Shown: piece by piece, positions 54,280 through 64,000 of the stretch | How positions within the stretch are numbered: the stretch's first letter is position 1 | How the letters are laid out: each line of letters opens with the position of its first letter | Assembly: GCA_964398475.1 (NCBI GenBank) | Contig: CAYNMP010000012.1 | Coordinates: forward strand, 22,540 to 86,539 | DNA from: an uncultured Chitinophagaceae bacterium | Lineage (GTDB): Bacteria; Bacteroidota; Bacteroidia; Chitinophagales; LD1 | Reading direction: 5' to 3' | Length of the DNA stretch: 64,000 bases | Notes under the pieces: model-generated | Told to the model about the DNA's origin: nothing | Seen by the model: the letters and a program-made list of their open reading frames with translations, nothing else | The model's database searches: none | Translations under genes and position numbers: made by a program

Positions 54280-55887
54280 GTGAAACAAAACGTAGACATC
54301 ATTGTAGTTGAATCGGATTTGACGCAGGTCGAAGAAATCAAACGATTTCTGAAACCGGGCTCAGAATCGTTTCAATTTGCGCTGAAACAAATCAGCAGCA
54401 TCGATGATATCTACAAAGTACAAACCGATAGCAACATTGGCGCTATTTTGGTGAATGCCGAATTGGTAAAAGACAGTAGCGACTTCGATAAGTTCAACAC
54501 CTTCATGAAGCTACAGCAAATTCCGGTGGTATTATTTTCGAATGCCATGGATGCTGAAGTGAAGCAAAAAGCGGTGCAATTGAATGCTTCTGATTTTGTG
54601 TTGAATAACAAATTGAATTTGTTTCATCTGCCAAAAACATTGGAAAGTGCATTAAAGTTAAGTCAGCAGAAACAAGCGCCAATAAGCGGTTCCGCAAACT
54701 ATAATCTTTTCGACAATATTCAGCAACCTGTAATTGTTTTCGAAGGCGAAAAACCTATTTATTACAATAGCAAAGCCCTTCATTTATTGAATGAAGAATC
54801 GCTAACGCAACTCAAACAGTTTCTGGGCTTATCGCTCAAATCGTTTGAATTAACGCTCAAAGGCCACGAATACACCGTTCAAAAAACGGATAAAGACGGC
54901 AAAGTCATTTTGTTCATCAATCCAACTTCCGAAACCGGAATGGATATGTTGGTGGGCATGTCGAAAATTGTAGACCATGCGCCATTCTTGATTTTCAAGA
55001 ACGATCATTTGATTTTCTTTAACGAGAAAGCAAATCATACGTTGTTAGATGTGGAACTGTATTCTTCTTTCGACCAATTGTTTTCGTTAAATACAGATGC
55101 CACACATCCACTTATCATCCACCGTTCATCGAAAGTGAGTTTTGGTTTCAATATCGAAAGCATGACTATTGCAGGCAAAGACTATCAATTATTGATGTTG
55201 CACGATGCAAAAACAGAAAAACGAGCCGAAAATTTCCCGATGGGCAAATTCATCAACGCGTTCTCGCACGACTTGAAAGAGCCGGTGCGTACCAGTTTGA
55301 GCTATATTCAATTGTTAGAACGTAAAGTCAATAAAGAAGGAGCCGAATATGTGTCGATAATTGCTACGGAAATGAAACGCATGGACAACCTTTTACAGAA
55401 CATGAAAATGGCCATGTCATCGGATGATGAACCATTGAAACTGAGCATGGTGAATGTGCGTTCGTTACTAGAATCTGTGTTCAAGCAGTTGAAAAAGGAG
55501 ATTGATGCTGCCGATGCGATGATTGATTTATCGACTATGCCGGAAGTGCAAGCCGATGAACGAAAACTTTCGGTGGTGTTCACGCACTTGATTGAAAATG
55601 CTATGAAATTCAGAAAAAAAGACAAACGATGTTTTATTGAAATATTAGTAGAAACGAAGCCTACAGAAACCATTTTTTGTGTGAAAGACAATGGTATAGG
55701 CATCGACCAAAAGTACCACCAAGAGATATTTCAGCCATTCTACCGCTTGATTAGCTTTGATGAGAATCCAGCCAACGGATTAGGCTTATATATCTGCAAA
55801 TCGATTATTGAACAACACCGTGGCAAAATTTGGGTGGAATCTCGAGAAGGTTTTGGCACCAGTGCATTCTTCACAATACCGCGTTAA
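54280..55887 (+). CDS. sensor histidine kinase with N-terminal receiver-like domain (HisKA + HATPase_c)
   Basis: H-box FSHDLKEPV, N-box HLIENAMKF and G-box DNGIGID. The N-terminal 120 aa are REC-like, but the usual phospho-Asp position appears to be Asn (AILVNAEL). Confidence 0.7.
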   Translation: MKQNVDIIVVESDLTQVEEIKRFLKPGSESFQFALKQISSIDDIYKVQTDSNIGAILVNAELVKDSSDFDKFNTFMKLQQIPVVLFSNAMDAEVKQKAVQLNASDFVLNNKLNLFHLPKTLESALKLSQQKQAPISGSANYNLFDNIQQPVIVFEGEKPIYYNSKALHLLNEESLTQLKQFLGLSLKSFELTLKGHEYTVQKTDKDGKVILFINPTSETGMDMLVGMSKIVDHAPFLIFKNDHLIFFNEKANHTLLDVELYSSFDQLFSLNTDATHPLIIHRSSKVSFGFNIESMTIAGKDYQLLMLHDAKTEKRAENFPMGKFINAFSHDLKEPVRTSLSYIQLLERKVNKEGAEYVSIIATEMKRMDNLLQNMKMAMSSDDEPLKLSMVNVRSLLESVFKQLKKEIDAADAMIDLSTMPEVQADERKLSVVFTHLIENAMKFRKKDKRCFIEILVETKPTETIFCVKDNGIGIDQKYHQEIFQPFYRLISFDENPANGLGLYICKSIIEQHRGKIWVESREGFGTSAFFTIPR

Positions 55888-55929
55888 ACTGCGCTCTTTT
55901 TTTACTTTTGCGGCTCATTCGAGCAAATT

Positions 55930-57525
55930 ATGGGATTTACAGAAGAACTATACAGACGAAAAACATTCGGCATTATTTCGCACCCCGATGCGGGAAAAAC
56001 AACGCTGACCGAGAAGTTATTGCTTTTTGGAGGAGCAATTCAAACCGCGGGTGCCGTGAAATCGAATAAAATCAAAAAGTCGACCACCTCCGACTTTATG
56101 GAAATCGAGAAACAAAGAGGAATCTCGGTGGCCACTTCGGTGATGAGTTTTGAATACCGTGATAAACTGATCAACATTTTGGATACTCCGGGTCACAAAG
56201 ACTTTGCGGAAGATACCTACAGAACATTAACCGCTGTGGATTCCGTAATTATGGTGGTGGATTCCGTGAAAGGTGTGGAGGAACAAACCCGTAAATTGAT
56301 GGAGGTGTGTTCGATGCGTAAAACACCGGTGATTGTGTTCATCAACAAACTCGACCGTGAGGGGCAAGATCCTTTCGAGTTGTTAGAAGAAATCGAAAAA
56401 GAGTTGAAGATTAAAACGCGTCCTTTATCGTGGCCAATTAACAGAGGTTCATTGTTTAAAGGAGTTTACAATTTGCATCGCAAAAACATCAACTTGTTTA
56501 AACCGTCTACACAAAAAGTATCGGATGAAATTCTAACACTCAATGATATTAACGACAGCGAGTTAGAAAAAATTGTAGGGGAGCGCGATGCCGCTAAACT
56601 CAGAGAAGATGTTGAATTGATTGAAGGTGTCTTTGACCCGTTTTCAATTGAAGATTATTTAGCGGGTGATGTTGCACCGGTATTTTTTGGTTCGGCCGTA
56701 AATAATTTTGGTGTACAAGAATTGCTCGATACCTTTCTAGAAATAGCGCCAACACCGAGAGGTAGAGAAACCGATAAGCGTTTCATTGAACCAACCGAAC
56801 AAAAAATGGTGGGTTTTATTTTTAAAATTCACGCGAACATCGACCCTAAACACCGCGATCGTATTGCCTTTATGCGTATCGTTTCCGGAAAGTTTGAAAA
56901 AGGAAAATACTTCCATCATTGCCGTATCAATAAAGATTTCCGTTTCGCTACACCGGTAACGTTTTTAGCGTCTGATAAAAACATTATTGATGAAGCCTAT
57001 CCTGGCGATGTTGTAGGCTTATATGATACCGGAAATTTCAAAATCGGAGATGTGATGACGGAAGGTGAAGACTTCCAAATTCGCGGCATTCCGAGCTTCT
57101 CTCCAGAGATTTTCAAAGAGTTGATTAACACCGACCCAATGAAATCGAAACAATTGGAAAAAGGAATTACACAGCTTACAGACGAAGGTGTGGCGCAGTT
57201 ATTCACACAGCAACCTGGCAATCGAAAATATGTTGGAACAGTTGGAGAACTTCAGTTCGAGGTCATTCAATATCGTTTGCAATATGAGTATGGTGCATCG
57301 TGCCGTTTCCAACCCATTAACCTCACAAAGGCGTGCTGGTTGCGTTCATCCAACAAGCAAAAACTGGAAGATTTCATTCGATTCAAACACACGAATATTG
57401 TGCATGATAAAGACGACAATATCGTTTATCTTGCACCGAACGATTGGTTCTTGAATATGGAGATTAGTAATAATCCGGATATCGAATTCCATTTCAATTC
57501 CGAATTCAAAACAGAAAGAGCTTAA
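55930..57525 (+). CDS. prfC: peptide chain release factor 3
   Basis: [29 protein letters not shown]...DTPGH and the overall RF3 GTPase layout. Confidence 0.9.
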   Translation: MGFTEELYRRKTFGIISHPDAGKTTLTEKLLLFGGAIQTAGAVKSNKIKKSTTSDFMEIEKQRGISVATSVMSFEYRDKLINILDTPGHKDFAEDTYRTLTAVDSVIMVVDSVKGVEEQTRKLMEVCSMRKTPVIVFINKLDREGQDPFELLEEIEKELKIKTRPLSWPINRGSLFKGVYNLHRKNINLFKPSTQKVSDEILTLNDINDSELEKIVGERDAAKLREDVELIEGVFDPFSIEDYLAGDVAPVFFGSAVNNFGVQELLDTFLEIAPTPRGRETDKRFIEPTEQKMVGFIFKIHANIDPKHRDRIAFMRIVSGKFEKGKYFHHCRINKDFRFATPVTFLASDKNIIDEAYPGDVVGLYDTGNFKIGDVMTEGEDFQIRGIPSFSPEIFKELINTDPMKSKQLEKGITQLTDEGVAQLFTQQPGNRKYVGTVGELQFEVIQYRLQYEYGASCRFQPINLTKACWLRSSNKQKLEDFIRFKHTNIVHDKDDNIVYLAPNDWFLNMEISNNPDIEFHFNSEFKTERA

Positions 57526-57534
57526 CAATATCTT

Positions 57535-58518
57535 ATGCAAGAACAAACCACATTACGCACGCAGAAAATTGTTGTGGTTGTTGCCATTGTATTGTTTGGT
57601 TTAAAACTTGCAGCTTACTTATTCACCCATTCTGTTGCAGTTCTAACAGATGCGTTAGAGAGCACCGTGAATATTATTGCAGCTTTCATCGGTTTATACA
57701 GTATTTATTTGGCTTCGTTGCCCAGAGATAAAAATCACCCCTACGGCCACGGCAAAGTTGAATTTCTATCGGCTGCCATTGAAGGCGCATTGATTATTTT
57801 TGCCGGATTAGTCATCGTATATAAATCCATTGAGCAACTCTTTCACCCGGAAGCCTTACATAGCTTGGATATTGGAATGATCCTTATTGGCATTACCGCT
57901 TTGGTAAACTATGGTGTTGGAACGTATTGCGTAAAGAAAGGAGAAAAAGAAAAATCAATTGCCCTTGTGGCAAGTGGTAAACATTTGCTTACCGATACGT
58001 ATTACACATTGGGTGTTATTGGAGCATTAGTGGTTATTTATTTCACGCATTGGATGTGGTTCGATGCCTCAGTATCGTTAATTTTCGCTTGCATTACGAT
58101 TTATATGGGTTATAAAATTGTACGTGAATCAATTTCAGGCATAATGGATGAAGCCGATGTAGCCTTATTGGAATCGTTAGCAGCCTTTCTAGAAGCCAAT
58201 AGAATTCCGAATTGGATGGATTTGCATAATGTTCGTGTGATTAAATACGGAGGCAGTTTGCATATCGATTGTCACCTTACATTACCATGGTATTTGAATG
58301 TACACGAAGCGCATGCTGAGCACGAAAAACTCACCGACTTGATTCGCAATCAATTTGGCGACAGCATTGAATTCTTTATTCATGTGGATGGCTGTATGCC
58401 TTTCTGCTGTGAGATTTGCAACAAGCAAGATTGTAACGAAAGAAAGTCACCCTTTAAACAAAGAGTGACTTGGACCGTTGAAAACATTATGAACAACGAA
58501 AAGCACAGACTTCAATAA
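57535..58518 (+). CDS. cation diffusion facilitator (CDF) family metal transporter
   Basis: Six TM helices, the H-D pair (LTDTYY) in the helices, and a C-terminal cytoplasmic domain with a His/Cys-rich tail. Confidence 0.75.
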   Translation: MQEQTTLRTQKIVVVVAIVLFGLKLAAYLFTHSVAVLTDALESTVNIIAAFIGLYSIYLASLPRDKNHPYGHGKVEFLSAAIEGALIIFAGLVIVYKSIEQLFHPEALHSLDIGMILIGITALVNYGVGTYCVKKGEKEKSIALVASGKHLLTDTYYTLGVIGALVVIYFTHWMWFDASVSLIFACITIYMGYKIVRESISGIMDEADVALLESLAAFLEANRIPNWMDLHNVRVIKYGGSLHIDCHLTLPWYLNVHEAHAEHEKLTDLIRNQFGDSIEFFIHVDGCMPFCCEICNKQDCNERKSPFKQRVTWTVENIMNNEKHRLQ

Positions 58519-59334
58519 CTATTGGGTTTGAAACTTTATCGGTACACTCATTCTCACTTTTACATTTTTTCCGGATTGTTTGCCGGGTTTGAATTTCGGT
58601 AATTGTGCTACTACTTCTTCTGAAGAACTTTTAAATCCTCTTGATGAAGAACGAACAGCAGCCACATTTACGACTTGACCATTCTCGTCTACAACAAAAC
58701 TTACGATGGCAGATCCGCTAATGCCTTCCTCGCGTTCACGAGCCGGATATTCCAAGTTGACTTTAATGAATCGTAACAAAGCCTCTTCTCCTCCAGGAAA
58801 TTCGGGCATTTCTTCTGCAAATGAAAGGATAGTTGGAGGTATTATAACTTCTGGTTTAGCAGCCACCACAACATTGATGGGACCTGCTCCGCCAACTTCT
58901 CCGGTTGGGACTCCAATTGGTCCATTTGATGGAGCATCGTTTGTATTCATAGCCAATAGCTCATCATTTGTTGTATCCCTATCTTCTGCTGTGTTATCCG
59001 TTACAACCATCGGTGCCATAGCATCAGAAGGAGGAGGTGTACCTTTGGGTGGCATGGATTGTAACTTTTCTACAATCACATCCGGAACAATAAAATCAAT
59101 GTCCGATAAAGTGATCGGCCCGGATGCTTTAATCGTTTGATGTGCCGGAAAGAAATATTTATACCCTTTAATACTCACCGGTACTATAACTAATAATAAG
59201 ATAGAGGAAAAAAGTGCAATGGCAATATTTTTCTCATACTCCATGCGCAATTGGTAAGCTCCGTATTCCTTGTTACGGTTGTCGAAAATAATATTCAAAT
59301 ATTTTTTTTCGAAGAGAACATTACGTGTTTCCAT
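58519..59334 (-). CDS. tonB: energy transducer TonB
   Basis: N-terminal TM anchor, a Pro-rich spacer (PPKGTPPPSD), and the C-terminal TonB domain (EEMPEFPGGEEALLRFI...YPAREREEGISG). Confidence 0.75.
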   Translation of the reverse strand: METRNVLFEKKYLNIIFDNRNKEYGAYQLRMEYEKNIAIALFSSILLLVIVPVSIKGYKYFFPAHQTIKASGPITLSDIDFIVPDVIVEKLQSMPPKGTPPPSDAMAPMVVTDNTAEDRDTTNDELLAMNTNDAPSNGPIGVPTGEVGGAGPINVVVAAKPEVIIPPTILSFAEEMPEFPGGEEALLRFIKVNLEYPAREREEGISGSAIVSFVVDENGQVVNVAAVRSSSRGFKSSSEEVVAQLPKFKPGKQSGKNVKVRMSVPIKFQTQ

Positions 59335-59461
59335 AATTAATGATTTTATAAGGAAACGCGATAAGTGCTATTTTTACATAAAAAACATTGTCAAAGAATT
59401 GTCACAAAAAAAAGCTGCACTAAAAAATCAGTGCAGCTCCTTATATAATTTGAAGTAAGAT

Positions 59462-60157
59462 TTACTTCTTAATAATCATTTTAAATCCTGTACCGTGAAT
59501 GTTTAATACTTCTACGTTTGGATCTTCTTTTAAATATTTACGCAATTTAGCTATGTAAACATCCATACTTCTTCCGGCAAAATAACTATCAGTTCCCCAA
59601 ACGGCATTCAAGGCTACTTCACGCTCCAACACTCTGTCGATATGTAAAGCCAACATTTTTAACAACTCCGACTCTTTAGTAGTTAATTTCACAGCATTTC
59701 CGGCCAATGTTAATGTACGGTTAGTGTTATTGAAATCGAACTTCCCAATTTTGAATTCGTTTACATCACTTACTTCTGTTTTTGGCAAACGTTTGAAAAT
59801 GTTATCCATTCTCAACAATAACTCCTCCATGCTGAAAGGCTTAGTGATATAATCATCGGCACCTATTTTCAATCCTTCAATAGCATCCTCTTTCAACGAT
59901 TTTGCGGTAAGGAAAACAATAGGCACTTGTCCGTTGATTCTACGCACATCTTTTGCCAGTGTAAAACCATCCTTTTTAGGCATCATAACATCGAAAAGAC
60001 ACATATCGTACTTTCCGTTTTTAAACTCGACTAATCCCTCTTCACCGTTACGTTTCAAGGTAACATCGTAGTTTTTTATTTCTAAAGAATCGAGCAATAA
60101 GTTGCCGAGATTTGTATCGTCTTCAACCAAGAGAATTTTTTTCTTAGACATATTCAT
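59462..60157 (-). CDS. OmpR-family two-component response regulator
   Basis: REC motifs (KILLVEDD, DMCLFDVMMP, LTAK) and a winged-helix C-terminus. Confidence 0.85.
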   Translation of the reverse strand: MNMSKKKILLVEDDTNLGNLLLDSLEIKNYDVTLKRNGEEGLVEFKNGKYDMCLFDVMMPKKDGFTLAKDVRRINGQVPIVFLTAKSLKEDAIEGLKIGADDYITKPFSMEELLLRMDNIFKRLPKTEVSDVNEFKIGKFDFNNTNRTLTLAGNAVKLTTKESELLKMLALHIDRVLEREVALNAVWGTDSYFAGRSMDVYIAKLRKYLKEDPNVEVLNIHGTGFKMIIKK

Positions 60158-60249
60158 ATATTTTTTTCAATTGTTAAATTAACAACATTTGAAGAGCAAA
60201 GTTTAGTTTAAAACGCGGAATTTGGATTCCTTAACAGATTAAATCTTAC

Positions 60250-61833
60250 TTAAAGTGAATGTTCGAAAGGCAAAAACACCTCAAACCGACTGCCTTTACC
60301 TAGCTCACTACTCACATTGATTGTTCCGTGATGAGCATCAACAATAATTTTCACATAACTTAGTCCTAAACCAAAGCCTTTCACATTATGAATATTACCG
60401 GTAGGTACACGGTAAAACTTCTCAAAAATCATTTTTTGGTTCTCTTTAGATATACCTATACCGTTATCTTGAACAGCAATGGTAATTCCTTTAGCATTAC
60501 TTGTAGTCGACACTTTAATTTCAGGAGCATCGTCTCGTCTGTATTTCAATGCATTTTCGATGATATTGTAAACACCATTCGTTAAGTGGAATTTATCGCC
60601 TTGAATGTCCCATTTTGCAGCATTGAAATCGTGTGATATTGTTCCCCCCTCGTTTTCCACTCTAAACTGAAGAGAAGAAACAATATCTTCCAACAAATCG
60701 TGCATGTCAATCTTCTCGATTTTTAATGTGAAGTCGCCACGATCGAAGCGAGCTGCCTGTAACACATTTTCAATATGCCCACTTAAACGTTTGTTCTCCT
60801 CTTCAATCATATCGGCATAGCGTCTGATACGTGTAGAGTTATTAATTACCTCATCGTCTTTCAACATCTGACTGGCTAAAGAAATGGTAGCCACGGGGGT
60901 TTTAAACTCGTGCGTCATGTTATTAATGAAATCGTTTTTCAATTGATCGATTTTCTTCTGACGGAAGATAATGAAGAACGAAGCGCCAAATGAAGTGAGG
61001 ATGATAAGAATAAAAGCCAAGGTAGTGGCAATCATCAGCCACATCGATTGTAAGATATAATTTGTTTTATGCGGAAAGCTCACCACCAACAAACCCGAAT
61101 TACGATAAAAATCGTTGGCATAAAGTGGTATTGAATAATACTGTTCCACATCGGCTTTGGAAATATTCTTCAAGGTGCCAACAATGGGTTCTGTGGAGAA
61201 ATCATCAAACAAAGCAAACTTGTAATCGAGGTCTACGCCCGAATTTTTCAATTCATTCGCTAATACTTTATTCAGCAAAAGAGTATCAATTCGCTCGCTA
61301 AGGCATTTATCATCGAGCATAAACTTCACCGCCAATTCCTCAAAAAAGCGATTATACTTCACAAATTGCTGTTCGATAACTCTACGTTCACGCTCCTTGG
61401 GGTCGCTCAAGTGCGTTACATCTAACGCTTGCTTTTGAATCTGCTCTGCTTTTTCTTGCAAATAGGTAACCGAACCAAAAAACTTAGAAACAAAGGCCCC
61501 TGTGGTATCGCTAAAGCCAAACTTCATGGCATTTTGCCCGATAGAATCGATCAGCATGAAGTTTTCATTAATCTGTCGCATCGATTGCATAGTGTCGTAC
61601 ATCTTCGACACTGTTTTCTGGAAGTTAGGAATACCGGCACTTTTAAAATAGTTCTCGGCTTCATCTAGCTCCAGTTTGTGGGTGGTGTTGCTCATGGCCA
61701 ACGAAACTTCTTGATCAAAACGTTCTTCGCGCAGTTTGTAACTTTGTTTCACCCAATTCACCTGGATAACAACCAGGCCCAATAGGGCAACACAAATAGA
61801 AATAAGGATAAAATTGATGTAGCGTGGATTCAT
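60250..61833 (-). CDS. membrane sensor histidine kinase (partner of the 59462-60157 response regulator)
   Basis: Two TM segments flank a periplasmic domain. H-box MTHEFKTPV, N-box IIENALKY and G-box DNGIGI are present. Confidence 0.8.
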   Translation of the reverse strand: MNPRYINFILISICVALLGLVVIQVNWVKQSYKLREERFDQEVSLAMSNTTHKLELDEAENYFKSAGIPNFQKTVSKMYDTMQSMRQINENFMLIDSIGQNAMKFGFSDTTGAFVSKFFGSVTYLQEKAEQIQKQALDVTHLSDPKERERRVIEQQFVKYNRFFEELAVKFMLDDKCLSERIDTLLLNKVLANELKNSGVDLDYKFALFDDFSTEPIVGTLKNISKADVEQYYSIPLYANDFYRNSGLLVVSFPHKTNYILQSMWLMIATTLAFILIILTSFGASFFIIFRQKKIDQLKNDFINNMTHEFKTPVATISLASQMLKDDEVINNSTRIRRYADMIEEENKRLSGHIENVLQAARFDRGDFTLKIEKIDMHDLLEDIVSSLQFRVENEGGTISHDFNAAKWDIQGDKFHLTNGVYNIIENALKYRRDDAPEIKVSTTSNAKGITIAVQDNGIGISKENQKMIFEKFYRVPTGNIHNVKGFGLGLSYVKIIVDAHHGTINVSSELGKGSRFEVFLPFEHSL

Positions 61834-61902
61834 AATAATCGAAAATAAAGGTAATTCGCGAATGGACTACAAAAAGTGGCCTTGTTGTGAAAAATTAATA
61901 GA

Positions 61903-62901
61903 CTATATCCCCAACCTCGCAATCGGCTCTACTGTTTGATCACAAAAATCCTTTTCTAAAAACTTATAATAACCGGCAATAGCAATCATCCCGGCATTAT
62001 CGGTACAATATTGAAAGGCGGGGATATGCACCTGCCATCCCTTAGATTCTCCCAGTTTTTGCAAAGCACTTCGCAACCCGGAATTAGCCGAAACACCACC
62101 GGCTAGGGTAATGGTAGTGATGCCGTGCAGCTCAGCAGCCTTGGTAATCTTCTTCATCAACACGGCAATAATGGTATGTTGAATAGAAGCACAGATATCA
62201 TCGATATTGTTGACTACAAAATCCGGCTCTTCCACTATGTGATCGCGCACAAAGTAGAGCACAGCTGTTTTCAAGCCACTAAAGCTGAAATTCAAGCCTT
62301 CCACTTTCCCTTCCGGAAATTTAAAACGCAACGGATTGCCTTGTTGCGCGTGCTTATCTACCAAAGGTCCTCCGGGGTATGGTAAACCCAATATCTTAGC
62401 TGTTTTATCAAAAGCTTCACCGGCTGCATCGTCAATGGTTTCGCCAATCACCCGCATTTTGTTGGGCGATTCTACTAACACAATTTGCGTATGTCCGCCC
62501 GAAACTGTTAAACACAAATGCGGAAAAGCCGGCTCGGCATCGATAAAATTAGCCATTACGTGTGCCTGCATGTGGTTCACCGAAATTAAAGGGATATCCA
62601 GCACCAATGCCATGGCTTTAGCGAAAGAAACGCCTACCATTAAGGCCCCAATTAAACCCGGACCTTGTGTAAACGCAATCCCGTCTATCTCCTTTTTATG
62701 AATTTTTGCATGTTTTATAGCCGCATCCACTACAAACAATATATTCTTCAAATGCTCTCGTGACGCCAATTCCGGCACTACCCCACCCCATTCGATATGA
62801 ATCGCTTGCGAAGTAGTGATGTTGGCAAGAATTTTGCCATCTTTGCAAATGGCGGCTGAAGTATCATCACAAGATGATTCGATGGCTAATAGTACAGGCA
62901 T
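61903..62901 (-). CDS. tsaD: tRNA N6-adenosine threonylcarbamoyltransferase TsaD (Kae1/Gcp)
   Basis: N-terminus MPVLLAIESSCDDTSAAI, the HMQAH metal motif, and SGGV.AN. Confidence 0.85.
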   Translation of the reverse strand: MPVLLAIESSCDDTSAAICKDGKILANITTSQAIHIEWGGVVPELASREHLKNILFVVDAAIKHAKIHKKEIDGIAFTQGPGLIGALMVGVSFAKAMALVLDIPLISVNHMQAHVMANFIDAEPAFPHLCLTVSGGHTQIVLVESPNKMRVIGETIDDAAGEAFDKTAKILGLPYPGGPLVDKHAQQGNPLRFKFPEGKVEGLNFSFSGLKTAVLYFVRDHIVEEPDFVVNNIDDICASIQHTIIAVLMKKITKAAELHGITTITLAGGVSANSGLRSALQKLGESKGWQVHIPAFQYCTDNAGMIAIAGYYKFLEKDFCDQTVEPIARLGI

Positions 62902-62940
62902 TATTTGCCAAATTTAATATTTTGCATCAGGAAAAAAGGG

Positions 62941-64000
62941 TTGAAAAAAGTTATAACGATATTAGGAGTGTTTTTACTGGTGATTCTGCTTACGGGCGGG
63001 CTCCTTTCTTTCCTTGTGCGTTACCCTACCGTGCAAAACTATTTGGTGCAAAAAGCCACCACCATACTCAGCGAACGAACCAATGCAGTAGTGAAGATAG
63101 GATCCTTTGGCTGGAATATGTTCGAAGATATCAGCCTTAACGATTTTTACTTAGGAAAGAAAAACGGAGATACCTTAATTGCTGTTTCAACTCTGTTCGT
63201 AGATTTAGATAACTGGAGCCTACTCAACAAAAAAGTAGCCGTAAACGCCATTAACCTCAAAAACGGGAGAGTAAATCTAACGATTAATGAAGACGGCTCC
63301 CTTGATTTAGCTAAACTTTTTGCTTCAGCAAATCAATCCACTGTCGATACCACAAAACCTTCATTGCCTTTCAATTGGTATACCTCGCTTAAAAAGTTGA
63401 CCACCAGCAACATTATTTTCAACCTGAAGAACAATAAAGATAAGTCTACCGTTTTCAGCAGTATTGAAGAATTCACACTTACCCTTAATACAATAGATAT
63501 CGGCAAAAAGAAAATCGAACTCAACCATTTACAAATCAACAACCCCATCGTTCGCTTTATTCAATTCGATACTACTGCGAAAAAGATAGATACTGTTCCG
63601 TTTACTTTTCTCCCGAAAGGTTGGTACCTCTCATGGAATAGCATCGATATCAACAAAGGAAGTTTCGCATTCGACAAGACCTTTAAACCTATTGTCGACA
63701 ATCGTATCGACTTCAATCACTTGCTCACGAGCAATATTCATTTAAGTACCGATAAAGGTTTTGTGAACAGCGATAGTGTTGCCACAAAAATTCTAGCCCT
63801 GCGTATCAACGAAAAATGCGGCATTAAAATCGTTGAATCGAAGGGCGATTTATTAGCCTCTTTGCGCGAAGTACATTACACCGATTTTCTAGTAAAAACA
63901 GAAAACTCTGAACTGAAAGACCAACTGGTATTGCGTTACAACTCGTTCAGCGACTTCAAAGAGTTTATCGAAAAGGTGAATATGCAAGCTAATTTGCATC
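62941..64000 (+). CDS. TamB/AsmA-family translocation-and-assembly-module protein, N-terminal part; continues beyond the window
   Basis: Not in the ORF track because no stop occurs before position 64000. Read manually. Likely TTG start (LKKVITILGVFLLVILLTGGLLSF). The N-terminal TM anchor is followed by KIGSFGWNMFEDISLNDFYL, which resembles the TamB N-terminus. Confidence 0.45.
   Translation, partial: MKKVITILGVFLLVILLTGGLLSFLVRYPTVQNYLVQKATTILSERTNAVVKIGSFGWNMFEDISLNDFYLGKKNGDTLIAVSTLFVDLDNWSLLNKKVAVNAINLKNGRVNLTINEDGSLDLAKLFASANQSTVDTTKPSLPFNWYTSLKKLTTSNIIFNLKNNKDKSTVFSSIEEFTLTLNTIDIGKKKIELNHLQINNPIVRFIQFDTTAKKIDTVPFTFLPKGWYLSWNSIDINKGSFAFDKTFKPIVDNRIDFNHLLTSNIHLSTDKGFVNSDSVATKILALRINEKCGIKIVESKGDLLASLREVHYTDFLVKTENSELKDQLVLRYNSFSDFKEFIEKVNMQANLH

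Overview
The window looks like a Bacteroidota chromosome segment, possibly Flavobacteriia or Cytophagia. GC content is roughly 38-40%. Many secreted proteins end in type-A or type-B T9SS C-terminal sorting domains. Promoters carry CAnnTTTG-like -7 boxes about 20 bp upstream of start codons. I can support about 55 coding genes. No rRNA, tRNA, CRISPR array, transposase or integrase is visible.

The most unusual part is a 25-kb accessory island at about 6.9-30.7 kb. It holds a LytS/LytTR-type signalling module made of four genes: a REC-LytTR response regulator (8491-9246), two tandem TPR-containing cytoplasmic histidine kinases whose catalytic halves are nearly identical (9248-11137 and 11145-12971, minus strand), and a standalone LytTR-only protein (13163-13495). 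Immediately downstream are four consecutive paralogous genes for T9SS-secreted adhesin-like proteins of 439, 586, 1161 and 2287 aa. These four, plus the standalone LytTR gene itself, are each preceded by the same element. It is a pair of 13-bp direct repeats (CCATTCACAAGTT, about 21 bp start to start, the classic LytTR geometry), followed 29 bp later by a CAnnTTTG box. Each of the four cargo genes also ends in a near-identical hairpin terminator. The four cargo genes form a modular family. The promoter, the signal peptide (MKKIY.ALVALGLA.GA.AQ), the C-terminal sorting domain and the terminator are shared across all or most members. The internal passenger domains are swapped: LamG/ConA-like, delta-60 repeats, SBBP beta-propeller, Ig-like units, and an unassigned 57-aa two-cysteine repeat. 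A roughly 0.95-kb block at about 95% nucleotide identity is shared between the 1161-aa and 2287-aa genes. A 73-aa unit present once in the former occurs six times in tandem in the latter.

Other notable items are listed here.
- An L-type-lectin/SprB-repeat adhesin with a type-B (CHU_C) sorting domain.
- A flotillin with four N-terminal repeats.
- A divergent, elongated LspA-like paralog.
- A small secreted protein with four 18-aa repeats.
- A 200-bp GC-rich structured intergenic element.
- An orphan fused dual-ATPase peptide-type ABC protein.

The rest is housekeeping: Mqo (C-terminal fragment), GH13, peptidases, TcdA, SOD, Gmk, ApaG, YicC, PrfC, a CDF transporter, TonB, an OmpR-type two-component system, TsaD and a TamB-like protein.

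Every call comes from reading motifs in the supplied translations and the DNA. No database search was possible.
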